Shown here one piece after another: positions 55,803 to 64,000 of a stretch of DNA of 64,000 bases. Numbering within the stretch: the first letter of the stretch is position 1; each line of letters begins with the position of its first letter. Under the pieces are notes generated by a model. It saw only the letters and a program-made list of their open reading frames with translations. It did not search any database and had not been told where the DNA came from. This DNA is from Candidatus Spongiisociaceae bacterium (lineage in GTDB: Bacteria > Actinomycetota > Acidimicrobiia > Spongiisociales > Spongiisociaceae), in the NCBI GenBank assembly GCA_965219685.1, contig CBDCOH010000002.1:704001-768000 (forward strand), read 5' to 3'. The position numbers and the translations under genes were made by a program.

Positions 55803-56708
55803 TCAGGGGCTATCGGGCAGCCGGGTCATCCGGACATCCACCTCCAGGCGCGACTCCCCTCCTCCCTCGATGACACCTCGCGTGGGGGGCACGTCGCGGT
55901 AGTCACGACCCACCGCGGTGCGCACGTACCGCTGGTCGGCGACCGTGCGGTTGGTGGGGTCGACCCCTACCCAGCCCACTCCGGGCAGGCGCGTCTCGGC
56001 CCAGGCGTGCGTCGCTGCTCCGAAGGCGGATCCCGCGTCTCCCGGCCCGGTCCCGGTGACGTAGAGGTAGCCCGACACGTATCTCGTGGGGATTCCCCAA
56101 GAGCGGGCGATCGTCACCAACACATGGGTGTAGTCCTGGCATACGCCCTTCCGGGAGGCCAGGATTTCCTCTATCGGCGAATCGACCGACGTGGCCCCCG
56201 AAGTGTACTGGAAGGCGTCGTTGAGGGCCGAGGACAGTGCGAGCACATCGGACAGCGGATCGGCGGCGGGTGCGACACCCAGTTCCGTGACGAACTCGTC
56301 GAGGGCGGGTGAGGGTCTGGCCAGGGGGCTGGCGCCGGTGAAGTCCCACCACCGGGGATCGTTGCCCATCGATCGGACCTCTTCCCATGCACCTGTGGCC
56401 AACCTCTCCGGCAGGCATGGCGGAGGGTCCACCTCCACCGAAGCGGTCGAGACGACCTCCAGCAGCTCGTGCCGGCGGTTGACGGTGAGAACGTGCCTGG
56501 TGTTGCCGAAAGGATCGGTCTCAGTCGTGAGACCCGCAGGGGGCGTGGTGGTGACGGAGAAGTCCAGCAGCCTCTGGCGGGAGGATTCGAGGGGTCGGAT
56601 ACAGAGGGACATGGTACATCTGCGAACCGGTGCGCTGTACTCGAAACGCGACAGGTGTTCGATCCGGTAGCGCTCGGGGCTGCCCGCTCGACCCTCCGGA
56701 CGGGTCAT
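55803..56708 (-). CDS. Transglutaminase-like protein
   Basis: Y.I.H...F.Y N-domain, GVCQDYTH, RYVSGY, HAW, DPTN and GRDY.DV.P motifs. Confidence 0.94.
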   Translation of the reverse strand: MTRPEGRAGSPERYRIEHLSRFEYSAPVRRCTMSLCIRPLESSRQRLLDFSVTTTPPAGLTTETDPFGNTRHVLTVNRRHELLEVVSTASVEVDPPPCLPERLATGAWEEVRSMGNDPRWWDFTGASPLARPSPALDEFVTELGVAPAADPLSDVLALSSALNDAFQYTSGATSVDSPIEEILASRKGVCQDYTHVLVTIARSWGIPTRYVSGYLYVTGTGPGDAGSAFGAATHAWAETRLPGVGWVGVDPTNRTVADQRYVRTAVGRDYRDVPPTRGVIEGGGESRLEVDVRMTRLPDSP

Positions 56709-57694
56709 TGGTCGTGGCTGCCGGTCCTCCCCGCAACCGGAGCCACGACCGGGTAGTCGAAGTAGGTCGTGGTGACGAGATCGTGCAGTTGACGGCAGGC
56801 ACTGCGAATCTTCCGGAGCAGGGTATGGCCTTCGGTCGCTCCCGGCCACTCGGTTTTGACCAGTTGGCGGATGTACTCGGCTTGGCCACGGGTGCGGGCG
56901 GTGGACTCGGCGTCCGGCCCCGGGCCGGCGGCGGTCAGTTCCCTGCACAATGCCGATACCGAAAGGCTGAGCGAATCCGGAAGCTGTGGATTGGTGGCAA
57001 GCAGGCTCAACACCCGCTCGGGTTCGATGGCGGCGCTGGAAGCGCGGTTGTAGGCCTCGAACGCGTAGTAGTGGCGCAGCAGGCTGGTCCAGTAGGCGTC
57101 GGCCGGAACCTCGAACAGCCGGACCGCGTCTATCTGGGCGATCAGCAGGGACGCGGACAGCTGGGCCCGCTCCAGGTAGTTCCCCAACTGCACGAAATGC
57201 CAGGCGTCGTCGCGGTACAGAGTTGATGAGGTCACCCCACGGAAGGTGTCGATCTGTGCAGCCGTCTCCGCGTAGAAGTTCTCCGGAGACCGCAGCCAGA
57301 TGTCCTGGATCTCCATGTCCTGGAGCCGGAGGTATGACTGGTTGAGGCATGTCCACATCTCGGCCGATATATGGTGGCGCATCTGGCGTGCGTTCTCCCG
57401 TCCTTGTACGAAGCAGGTGCGGATCGAGTCGGGGTTGGTAGGTTCGAAGGTGAGGTCGTCGGTCAGGGTGAACGAGTCGACCAGCGTGAACAGGTCATCG
57501 CTGTCGAGTTCGAGCGCCCCTGTGTGCGGCTCCCGCTCAAGGGCGCCGTAGATACGGTGCCAGCCGAAGTAGATGTCCCGGGGCGGGCTGTCCACCAGTG
57601 ACTCGCTCTGCTGCCTGAGCAGCCGGCACAGATGGCTGGCCCGTTCCAGGTAGCGGCCCATCCAGTAGAGGCCGGCGGCACTTCGTGACAGCAT
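56705..57694 (-). CDS. Alpha-E (DUF403) domain protein
   Basis: MLSR.A..LYWMGRYLERA and a second G.YLERA motif. Confidence 0.94.
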   Translation of the reverse strand: MLSRSAAGLYWMGRYLERASHLCRLLRQQSESLVDSPPRDIYFGWHRIYGALEREPHTGALELDSDDLFTLVDSFTLTDDLTFEPTNPDSIRTCFVQGRENARQMRHHISAEMWTCLNQSYLRLQDMEIQDIWLRSPENFYAETAAQIDTFRGVTSSTLYRDDAWHFVQLGNYLERAQLSASLLIAQIDAVRLFEVPADAYWTSLLRHYYAFEAYNRASSAAIEPERVLSLLATNPQLPDSLSLSVSALCRELTAAGPGPDAESTARTRGQAEYIRQLVKTEWPGATEGHTLLRKIRSACRQLHDLVTTTYFDYPVVAPVAGRTGSHDQ

Positions 57695-57700
57695 GGCCGA

Positions 57701-59143
57701 TCAGTTCTCCAGAACCCAGAAGTCCTTGCCGCCCCCTCCCTGGCTGGAGTTAACCACCAGGCTGCCGCGGCGGAGGGCGATGCGGCAGAATGCTCCGGGC
57801 ACGATGCGGGTCTCACGCCCGGTCAGGATGAAGGGACGCAGGTCCACGTGCCGAGGCTCGATACGGCCCTCTATCAGGCAGGGCGCGCGGGACAGGGCGA
57901 GTGTGGGCTGGGAGATGTAGCCGGCGGGGTCAGCCCTCAGCAGCGCCGCGAACTCGTTGCGCTCGGAAGGTGTCGAGTGGGGGCCTATCAGCATCCCGTA
58001 ACCCCCCGACTCACCCACCTGCTTGACCACCAGGTGCTCCAGGTTGTCCAGGGTGTACTCGAGGTCCTCGGGGCGACGGCACAGGTACGTGTCAACGTTC
58101 TGGAGGAGGGGTTCGGCGCCGAGGTAGTAGCGGATCATGTCGGGCACGAAGGCGTAGACGCTCTTGTCGTCCGCCACGCCTGTGCCTGGGGCGTTCACCA
58201 GGGAAACGTTCCCTAGGCGCGCGGCGTGGAGCAGGCCCGGGACCCCGAGCAGCGAGTCAGGGCGGAACACCAATGGATCCAGGAAGTCGTCATCCACGCG
58301 CCGGTATATCACGTCCACCCGCCTCAGTCCGGAAGTGGTCCGCATGTACACGTGCCCGTCCTCGACCACCAGATCCCGTCCTTCCACCAGGTCGGCGCCT
58401 ATCTGGCGGGCCAGGAACATGTGCTCGTAAAAGGCTGAGTTGAAGATACCGGGGGTCAGCAGCGCCATGGTCGGCTCGGTGCGGCCCTCCGGCGCCAACT
58501 CGCGTAGCGTCTCGGCGAGGATGAGGCCGTAGTTCTCGATGTCCCGCACGCGTGACCTGCGGTACAGGAGCCGGTGCGCCGACTTGGTGGCTTTCCGGAT
58601 GGCAAGCATGTAGGACACACCCGACGGAACTCGCAGGTTGTCCTCAAGGACGCGGAAACCGTCCGTCGTACGGACCAGATCCGTCCCGCAGACCGCCACC
58701 CAGACGCCCCGGGGAGCCTCGAAACCGCGCATCTCCAAACGGTATTGCGGGCAGCCTCGGACCATGTCGGCCGGTATGACCCCATCCCTGACGATGCGGG
58801 CCTCCCCGTAGATGTCCTGGAGGAAGCGGTTGAGCGCGGACAGACGCTGCTCCAGTCCGGCTGTCAGCATGCCCCACTCCGTCGCCGACATCACCCGCGG
58901 AATGCAGTCGATGGGGATAATGCGTTCGGTCTCCTCGTCGTCGCCGTAAACGGTGAAGGTGATCCCTTCATTGGTGAACGAGCGGGTGACCCACTCGCCG
59001 ATGGCGCTCAGGTCGGGAGGTGACAGCCGTCCGAGTGCGTCGTGGAGCTCACGGGCGGGGAGACGGGCCGAGCCATCGGCTTCGAACATCTCGTCGAAGA
59101 CAGCGTCTTCCAGGTCGTAGGCGTCGAAGTTCACCGCGACCAC
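57701..59143 (-). CDS. Circularly permuted type-2 ATP-grasp protein
   Basis: GITFTVY, VLEDNLRVPSGVSY, NSAFYEH, YRRVDD, ADDK, HVDLRPF and VNSSQGGGGKD motifs. Confidence 0.96.
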   Translation of the reverse strand: MVAVNFDAYDLEDAVFDEMFEADGSARLPARELHDALGRLSPPDLSAIGEWVTRSFTNEGITFTVYGDDEETERIIPIDCIPRVMSATEWGMLTAGLEQRLSALNRFLQDIYGEARIVRDGVIPADMVRGCPQYRLEMRGFEAPRGVWVAVCGTDLVRTTDGFRVLEDNLRVPSGVSYMLAIRKATKSAHRLLYRRSRVRDIENYGLILAETLRELAPEGRTEPTMALLTPGIFNSAFYEHMFLARQIGADLVEGRDLVVEDGHVYMRTTSGLRRVDVIYRRVDDDFLDPLVFRPDSLLGVPGLLHAARLGNVSLVNAPGTGVADDKSVYAFVPDMIRYYLGAEPLLQNVDTYLCRRPEDLEYTLDNLEHLVVKQVGESGGYGMLIGPHSTPSERNEFAALLRADPAGYISQPTLALSRAPCLIEGRIEPRHVDLRPFILTGRETRIVPGAFCRIALRRGSLVVNSSQGGGGKDFWVLEN

Positions 59144-59269
59144 CCGTCCCCGCCGTCACTCGACGTATCGACCCCTGTCACATCATCCCTTCGGTGTTTC
59201 CCTACCACCACCAGGCTAGAGCCTCGCAGGACGGCCCGAGGGATGCTACCGATAACACCACGTCTCCGG

Positions 59270-59809
59270 CTACGTCCGATCGAGCGGGTGATGCTTCGTC
59301 AACCCGGTCCCGCCGGCCGCCGGCCCGGCGTGTCGGGCGGGTTGGGGGATCAGTAGGACGGGGACCCTGGATGCGGTGGCGACCTTCATCGAGATGCTGC
59401 TCCATGCTGACTCGTCGAACAGGCGCCGGGTCGTGCCCAGCACGATCACGTCGGCGGCGACGGCCTCGGCAGTTCCGATGATCCCCTCCGCGACGTCGTC
59501 TGCTTCCACGAACACGGTGCGGGGCTCGATGTTGCGAGCATGCAGTGCCGCTAAGACCGGCGCCGCCATCTTCGAGCCTCTCTCGTCCACGTAGCGCTCG
59601 GCAGCGCTGAGGGTTCCTGGTTCGGCATGCTCGCCGGGAGTGTCATCGAAGGGTCGCCAGTCGTCGTCGGTTAACTCATCGAGGAAATCGTGGGGTGTCT
59701 GGGTGACATTCGTGACTGTCACCCTTCCGCCTCTCCCCGCCAGGACCTCGACGAAGTGGGCGACCGGCTCCGGAGGAAGTACCCCGGCCGTGGCTACAAG
59801 CAGGTGCAT
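59270..59809 (-). CDS. Universal stress protein
   Basis: LLVAT N-terminus, I...A....ADVIVLG, S.S..V....VPVLLI. Confidence 0.82.
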   Translation of the reverse strand: MHLLVATAGVLPPEPVAHFVEVLAGRGGRVTVTNVTQTPHDFLDELTDDDWRPFDDTPGEHAEPGTLSAAERYVDERGSKMAAPVLAALHARNIEPRTVFVEADDVAEGIIGTAEAVAADVIVLGTTRRLFDESAWSSISMKVATASRVPVLLIPQPARHAGPAAGGTGLTKHHPLDRT

Positions 59810-59964
59810 TACCCAGAATCTAGGCGCTCATCCGGGCCGGCGCGGGTCAGATTCGGCCTGTTATCAACGTGGGAGGATGCCGGGATCGGTCGCTGTCGCG
59901 GTTACTCTCGCACTGTCGCCTTCGCCCGGAAGGCGGCCACGTTTGCGTCGAGACAGGAGGCGGA

Positions 59965-60465
59965 GTGCCTGAGCCCGCATTGATCAATCGGGTCACCTGG
60001 ATGATCCCGAACGCCTTGGCGTTGGTGGGATCACGCTCGGGAGACGAATGGAACGGGATGACCGCTTCGTGGATAACGCAACTGTCGATGGAACCGGTGA
60101 TCATCGGGATCGGTGTCGACAACAAGGCGGTCACCCACCGACTCATCAGCCGCGGAGGTTCCTTCAGCGTCAACCTGTGGTCGCCCGGCGACACCCGGGT
60201 GTTCGTCAAGTTCTCCAAACCTGCGCGCAAAGACGGGATGACGCTCAACCGGAGGTCCATCCGGGAGGGCGTGACGGGAGTGCCGATCTTCGAGGAGTCG
60301 ATCGCGTGGATGGAGTGCGAGGTGCGTCGAACGATCGACTTCGGTACTCACACGCTCTTCGCGGGCGAGCTGGTAGCAGCAGGCATCACCGACGACCCGG
60401 GCAGGGCGGCATGGATGGGTGACACCCGGATGAAGTACGGAGGCGTGAAGCGGGGAGGGCACTGA
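59965..60465 (+). CDS. Flavin reductase-like protein
   Basis: NGMTASW..Q.S.EP, FSVN, G.P...AW.EC, GTH.LF.GE; GTG with AGGAGG RBS. Confidence 0.9.
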   Translation: MPEPALINRVTWMIPNALALVGSRSGDEWNGMTASWITQLSMEPVIIGIGVDNKAVTHRLISRGGSFSVNLWSPGDTRVFVKFSKPARKDGMTLNRRSIREGVTGVPIFEESIAWMECEVRRTIDFGTHTLFAGELVAAGITDDPGRAAWMGDTRMKYGGVKRGGH

Positions 60466-60511
60466 TGCCTGCCTCGCAGCCCTGCCATTCCCTAGCCGCT
60501 GCGACAGCCTG

Positions 60512-61270
60512 ATGGACGCCCGGGTCGAAGGCAAGGTCGCGCTGGTCACCGGCGCGTCCCGCGGTATCGGCAAGGCGATCGCGGCGGGATTCCTGGCCGC
60601 CGGAGCGCGCGGGGTCGTGATCACCAGCCGCAAGAGAGGGAACATCGAGACCGCCGCGCTCGGGCTTGACAATCCTGACCGCGTCGCACCGGTGGTCGCG
60701 AAGGCGGACACCGAGGAAGGGGCGGCCCTGGCAGTCGACGTGGCGGTCGACCGCTTCGGTGGTTGTGACATCCTGGTCAACAATGCCGGTACCAACCCGG
60801 CCTACGGGCCTCTGGTGGACGTGGATCTAGGTGCCTTGAAGCGGACGTGGGATGTGAACCTGCTCGGGCCGCTGCTGTGCACGAGGGCGGCGTGGGACCG
60901 CTGGATGAAGGATCACGGTGGGGTCGTCTGCAACAACGCCTCGGTGGGAGGTCGGCTCCCGGGACGGGGGATGGGCGCCTACAACGTCTCCAAGGCCGCC
61001 CTGATATACATGACCCGCCACCTCGCCTATGAACTGGCGCCACGGGTGCGCGTCGTCGGCGTGGCGCCAGGGGTGGTTAGAACGCGTCTATCGGAAATCC
61101 TGTGGCAGAACGAGGACAAGGCGGCTTCGCTGCATCCACTTGGAAGGATCGGCGAGCCCGTCGACATAGCCTCGGCGGTGGTGTTCCTCTGTTCCGCGCA
61201 GGCCTCCTGGATCACCGGCGCCACGCTCGACGTCGACGGCGGCATAGCCAACGCGTCAGCGTATGTTTAG
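60512..61270 (+). CDS. SDR-family oxidoreductase
   Basis: TGASRGIG, NNAG, YNVSK, APG and DGG motifs. Confidence 0.94.
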   Translation: MDARVEGKVALVTGASRGIGKAIAAGFLAAGARGVVITSRKRGNIETAALGLDNPDRVAPVVAKADTEEGAALAVDVAVDRFGGCDILVNNAGTNPAYGPLVDVDLGALKRTWDVNLLGPLLCTRAAWDRWMKDHGGVVCNNASVGGRLPGRGMGAYNVSKAALIYMTRHLAYELAPRVRVVGVAPGVVRTRLSEILWQNEDKAASLHPLGRIGEPVDIASAVVFLCSAQASWITGATLDVDGGIANASAYV

Positions 61271-61380
61271 TGAGTGGTGAGTGGTGAGTGGTGAGTGGTG
61301 AGTGGTGAGTGGTGAGTGGTGAGTGGTGAGTGGTGATCTTACAGCTTCACCATTCACGATTCACCATTCACGATTCACCA
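61271..61380. repeat. Two-armed heptamer locus between convergent SDR and nei
   Basis: (TGAGTGG)x9 + TGA (61271-61336), 9-bp spacer, alternating TTCACCA/TTCACGA x5 (61346-61380). Confidence 0.97.
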
Positions 61381-62160
61381 GGCAGCCGAAGGCTGGCAAG
61401 AAGGACACCAGAAGGTGCTACGACCGCCTGCCATTGCCTTGCGGATGCGGGCGCCGCAGCGGCGACATGGTTTGCCGGCCCGTTGGTACACGTAGTGGTT
61501 CATGCCCGGGCGCCGGGATCCGGTAGTGGTGCGGGGCCGGCCTGCGTTCGCACGCAGGTGCCGGGAGGCTCTGAGCAGGATGCGCTCCAGTAGATGGTCG
61601 TCGATCTGCTCGATGGCGGTGGAGGGATGGAGTCCGAACTCGAACAGCACCTCGTTTCGGTAGACGTTCCCGACTCCGGAAGCCACCGACTGGTCCAGCA
61701 TCACCGCGGAGACGCTGGTGGCGCCGTCTAGGAGGCGGGCCCGGCTGATCGATCCGTCGATGTCCGGCGCGGCGAGGGAGAGGTCCGGGCCGAGGTTGGC
61801 GACGAAGGCCCACTCTTTGGGTGAACGGTCCACCGAGACCGACGGAGCGTCGTAGCACCGGAGCGCCCATCCGCCGGTCTCCAGCACGACCCGGGCGGGG
61901 CCGTCGCCCCGGGCTCCGGTGGGTGGTCCGAATCTCCACCGTCCGGTCATTCCGAGATGCACCCGCAGCGTCCAGCCGCCGCTGAAGTCGATCAGGAGGT
62001 GTTTGCCGACCGCTTCGACCCTGTCAACGCGCGCTCCGCGAAGCCGGTGGGCATGGCGACGGATGGATGGCGCTGTCCCGCCCAGCCGCCGCAGGGTCCT
62101 GCTCGCGACCCGCTCGCGGATCCGGTTGGCGATCCCATGCACCGTATCGCCCTCAGGCAC
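61375..62160 (-). CDS. nei: Fpg/Nei-family DNA glycosylase/AP lyase
   Basis: N-terminal PEG, GKHL, HLGMTG, H2TH (DQ...GVGNVY..E), C4 zinc finger. Confidence 0.93.
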   Translation of the reverse strand: MPEGDTVHGIANRIRERVASRTLRRLGGTAPSIRRHAHRLRGARVDRVEAVGKHLLIDFSGGWTLRVHLGMTGRWRFGPPTGARGDGPARVVLETGGWALRCYDAPSVSVDRSPKEWAFVANLGPDLSLAAPDIDGSISRARLLDGATSVSAVMLDQSVASGVGNVYRNEVLFEFGLHPSTAIEQIDDHLLERILLRASRHLRANAGRPRTTTGSRRPGMNHYVYQRAGKPCRRCGARIRKAMAGGRSTFWCPSCQPSAAW

Positions 62161-62170
62161 TCCCGCTCCC

Positions 62171-64000
62171 TCAGCTGCCGCGGTAGGCCAATCCCCGGAG
62201 GCTGATGGCGAAACCGCTCTGGAGGAGGAGTTGCCCGAGAGGATGGTCGCCGGCCGGCTCCCCGTCGATGGCCTCGATGTTCAGGCGCCGTTGGCGTACC
62301 CCGATCTCGGTCAGCGCACCCGCGACTGCCTCGTGAAGGTCCGGATCATGGTTGAGCAGCGCTGCCTTCCGCCCTCCCCGCTCGAGGTAGAGGAGAGGCA
62401 GTCCTTCGTGGAGGATCACGTACGCCCCGGCCGAACGGGAGGCTCGGCCCTTAGTCTGTTCCGGCCACGGGAGGAGCGATCCGTAGGGATTGGCCGGGTC
62501 GGCGGCCGCCAGTATGACCACGCCATCCGCGTGATCCTCGGCTCTCAACCGGTCGATGGCGCCCGGAAGCGCGAACTGCAGTCCTCCCATGCCCTCCACG
62601 AAGTATCCGCGCCGGATCCTTCCCGTCTCCTCCATGTGGTTGAGAACCGGATACATGGTGGTGAGGCCTCCGGGGATGCCTTCGGCTAGTGCCCCGGCCC
62701 GCGTGAGAACTCCCTGGCGTTCCAGGAGCAGGTCGGTCCAGGCCGTCGCCCAGGCAGCGTCAGTTCGGGGCGTACCCGCGAGGTCGTGTACCAGCGACCA
62801 GCGGCCCGACGCGGAGGGGGGGAGCGTGGATGGGAGATGGGGGCGCGCACGCCCGGAGCGCCGGCGCACTCTTCTCAAGCGGAGCGAGCGGAGGGGAGCG
62901 AGCGTGTCGTTGGTCAACTCACCAGACCACACCAGGTCCCAGAGCGCCTCGAGGGTTTCCTCGAGCCGCGTTCCTCCCGCGGCGGTGTGGATGTCGCGGA
63001 AGAAGGACGCCCCCCGGTCCCGTAGGTGGTCGCGGATGGAATCGTGTAGGTCCGAGTCCGGAAGTTCCTCCTCGGAAGGGCGATGAAGGACCGGAAACTG
63101 GTCCCGGAGGAAAAGGGCAACGCGCCCATCCCGAGGCCCGATCGGACCCCGTCCTATCCACACCACCTCGCCCGATGCCATCAGCTGGTCGAGCATCCCG
63201 GGTGTGTAGTCGAGGCGGGCCGTCAGCACGTCTCGCTCGAGGATCGATGCCGGCACCGAAACGCCTTGGAGAGTGCGGATCGTCTCGACGAGGGCCGCCA
63301 TGTGACGCCGACCGGTGCGGCCGACCCCCTGCCATGCCGGGAGGAAGCGCCCGAGGGCCGGCTGCTCCACGGCCTCGATCTCGCGGCGCAGCACCGCCAG
63401 GCTGCGTCTCTTCAGACGCCGCAAGACCCCGGCGTCTACCCACTCCTGGCCGTCCCCGCCGGGCCGGAACGCCCCACGGGTCAGGTTTCCCGAGTGTTGC
63501 AGTTCACTTAGCACTCCGCGTATGACGGCCGGGGGGAGTCCGAGAGCAGCCCCGGCTGCCTCGGCGGTGAAGGGGCCGTGGGTCCGTGCATAACGGCCTA
63601 CGATCTCACCAAGGGGATCCGGCGCCGGCTCCAGGAAGGCGTGGGGCGTACCGGGAGGCGGCTGGACTCCCACCGCGTCACGTAGTCTGGCTGCGTCTTC
63701 CACGGCGGCCCATACCGGTACCCCCCGGATGTGGACCCGGATGGCCCTCCGGGCCGACTTCAGGTCAGCGAGGAGAGGCCCGGCCTCGCCGGCGGAGAGG
63801 CGTGCGGCCACCGAGTCCTCGTCGAGCGGACCCAGGGATCGCAGGAGGTCGTGCACACCGTCAATTCCCTTGACCTTGCGGTGGTCGGAGAGGAACTGCA
63901 GGTCGAGTTCCACCGATGCCACCACATCTTCGTTGAGGAGTTCTCTCAGTTCTCCCTCACCGAGCAACTCGCGCAGGAGATCCCGATCGAGAGTCAGTGC
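62171..64000 (-). CDS. lhr: Lhr helicase, C-terminal region (5' part outside the window)
   Basis: LLGEGELRELL, RYARTHGPF, L.DLVW.G..TND, RRGYFVEG.GG.QFA and AADPANPYG motifs; adjacent to nei. Confidence 0.92.
   Translation of the reverse strand, partial: ALTLDRDLLRELLGEGELRELLNEDVVASVELDLQFLSDHRKVKGIDGVHDLLRSLGPLDEDSVAARLSAGEAGPLLADLKSARRAIRVHIRGVPVWAAVEDAARLRDAVGVQPPPGTPHAFLEPAPDPLGEIVGRYARTHGPFTAEAAGAALGLPPAVIRGVLSELQHSGNLTRGAFRPGGDGQEWVDAGVLRRLKRRSLAVLRREIEAVEQPALGRFLPAWQGVGRTGRRHMAALVETIRTLQGVSVPASILERDVLTARLDYTPGMLDQLMASGEVVWIGRGPIGPRDGRVALFLRDQFPVLHRPSEEELPDSDLHDSIRDHLRDRGASFFRDIHTAAGGTRLEETLEALWDLVWSGELTNDTLAPLRSLRLRRVRRRSGRARPHLPSTLPPSASGRWSLVHDLAGTPRTDAAWATAWTDLLLERQGVLTRAGALAEGIPGGLTTMYPVLNHMEETGRIRRGYFVEGMGGLQFALPGAIDRLRAEDHADGVVILAAADPANPYGSLLPWPEQTKGRASRSAGAYVILHEGLPLLYLERGGRKAALLNHDPDLHEAVAGALTEIGVRQRRLNIEAIDGEPAGDHPLGQLLLQSGFAISLRGLAYRGS

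Noticed and set aside
61375-64000. nei-lhr as the machinery generating the repeats
   Set aside because: The pairing is a common actinobacterial DNA-repair arrangement, and nothing here links it to the arrays beyond adjacency to one of them.
1-64000. tRNA, rRNA, reverse transcriptase or integrase genes
   Set aside because: None recognised by inspection; a covariance-model and HMM scan would be needed to exclude small RNAs in gaps such as 28157-28418, 32285-32540 and 35424-35669.

Overview
GC-rich actinobacterial DNA. The gene order and protein repertoire suggest class Acidimicrobiia, possibly host- or sponge-associated (inference). 1-16.8 kb is the 3' half of the dcw cluster (murG partial, murC, murB, ftsQ, ftsZ, pgeF, yggS, sepF, yggT, divIVA) followed by ileS, DUF167, a DksA/TraR-type zinc finger, lspA, rluD and dnaE. 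16.9-50 kb is accessory catabolism: an AroQ-hydrolase fusion, SDR, PHP/phosphotriesterase-like hydrolase, MDR dehydrogenase, Opp/Dpp-type ABC importer, hydantoinase/oxoprolinase A+B, and a gamma-glutamylation-type amine catabolic region (2 GS-like ligases, 3 class-III aminotransferases with one fused to a GATase, ALDH). It also holds a frameshifted coiled-coil repeat gene, an IS5-family element, MazEF and an orphan HicB. 50-64 kb holds an ABC exporter with an apparent ATT start, an SLH + PD40 propeller surface protein, a circularly permuted ATP-grasp/alpha-E/transglutaminase operon, USP, flavin reductase, SDR, nei and lhr (partial). The most striking signal is non-coding: about 12 intergenic loci carry 7-bp tandem arrays (TGGTGAG, TGGTGAA, TAGTCGG, TGGTGGA and relatives). 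They abut gene boundaries, often overlap the stop codon or sit next to a -10-like hexamer, and always have the G/T-rich strand running away from the adjacent gene, giving head-to-head G-arm/spacer/C-arm structures. No enzyme that would obviously make these arrays is encoded in the window. Product calls rest on motif recognition only; no database search was run.
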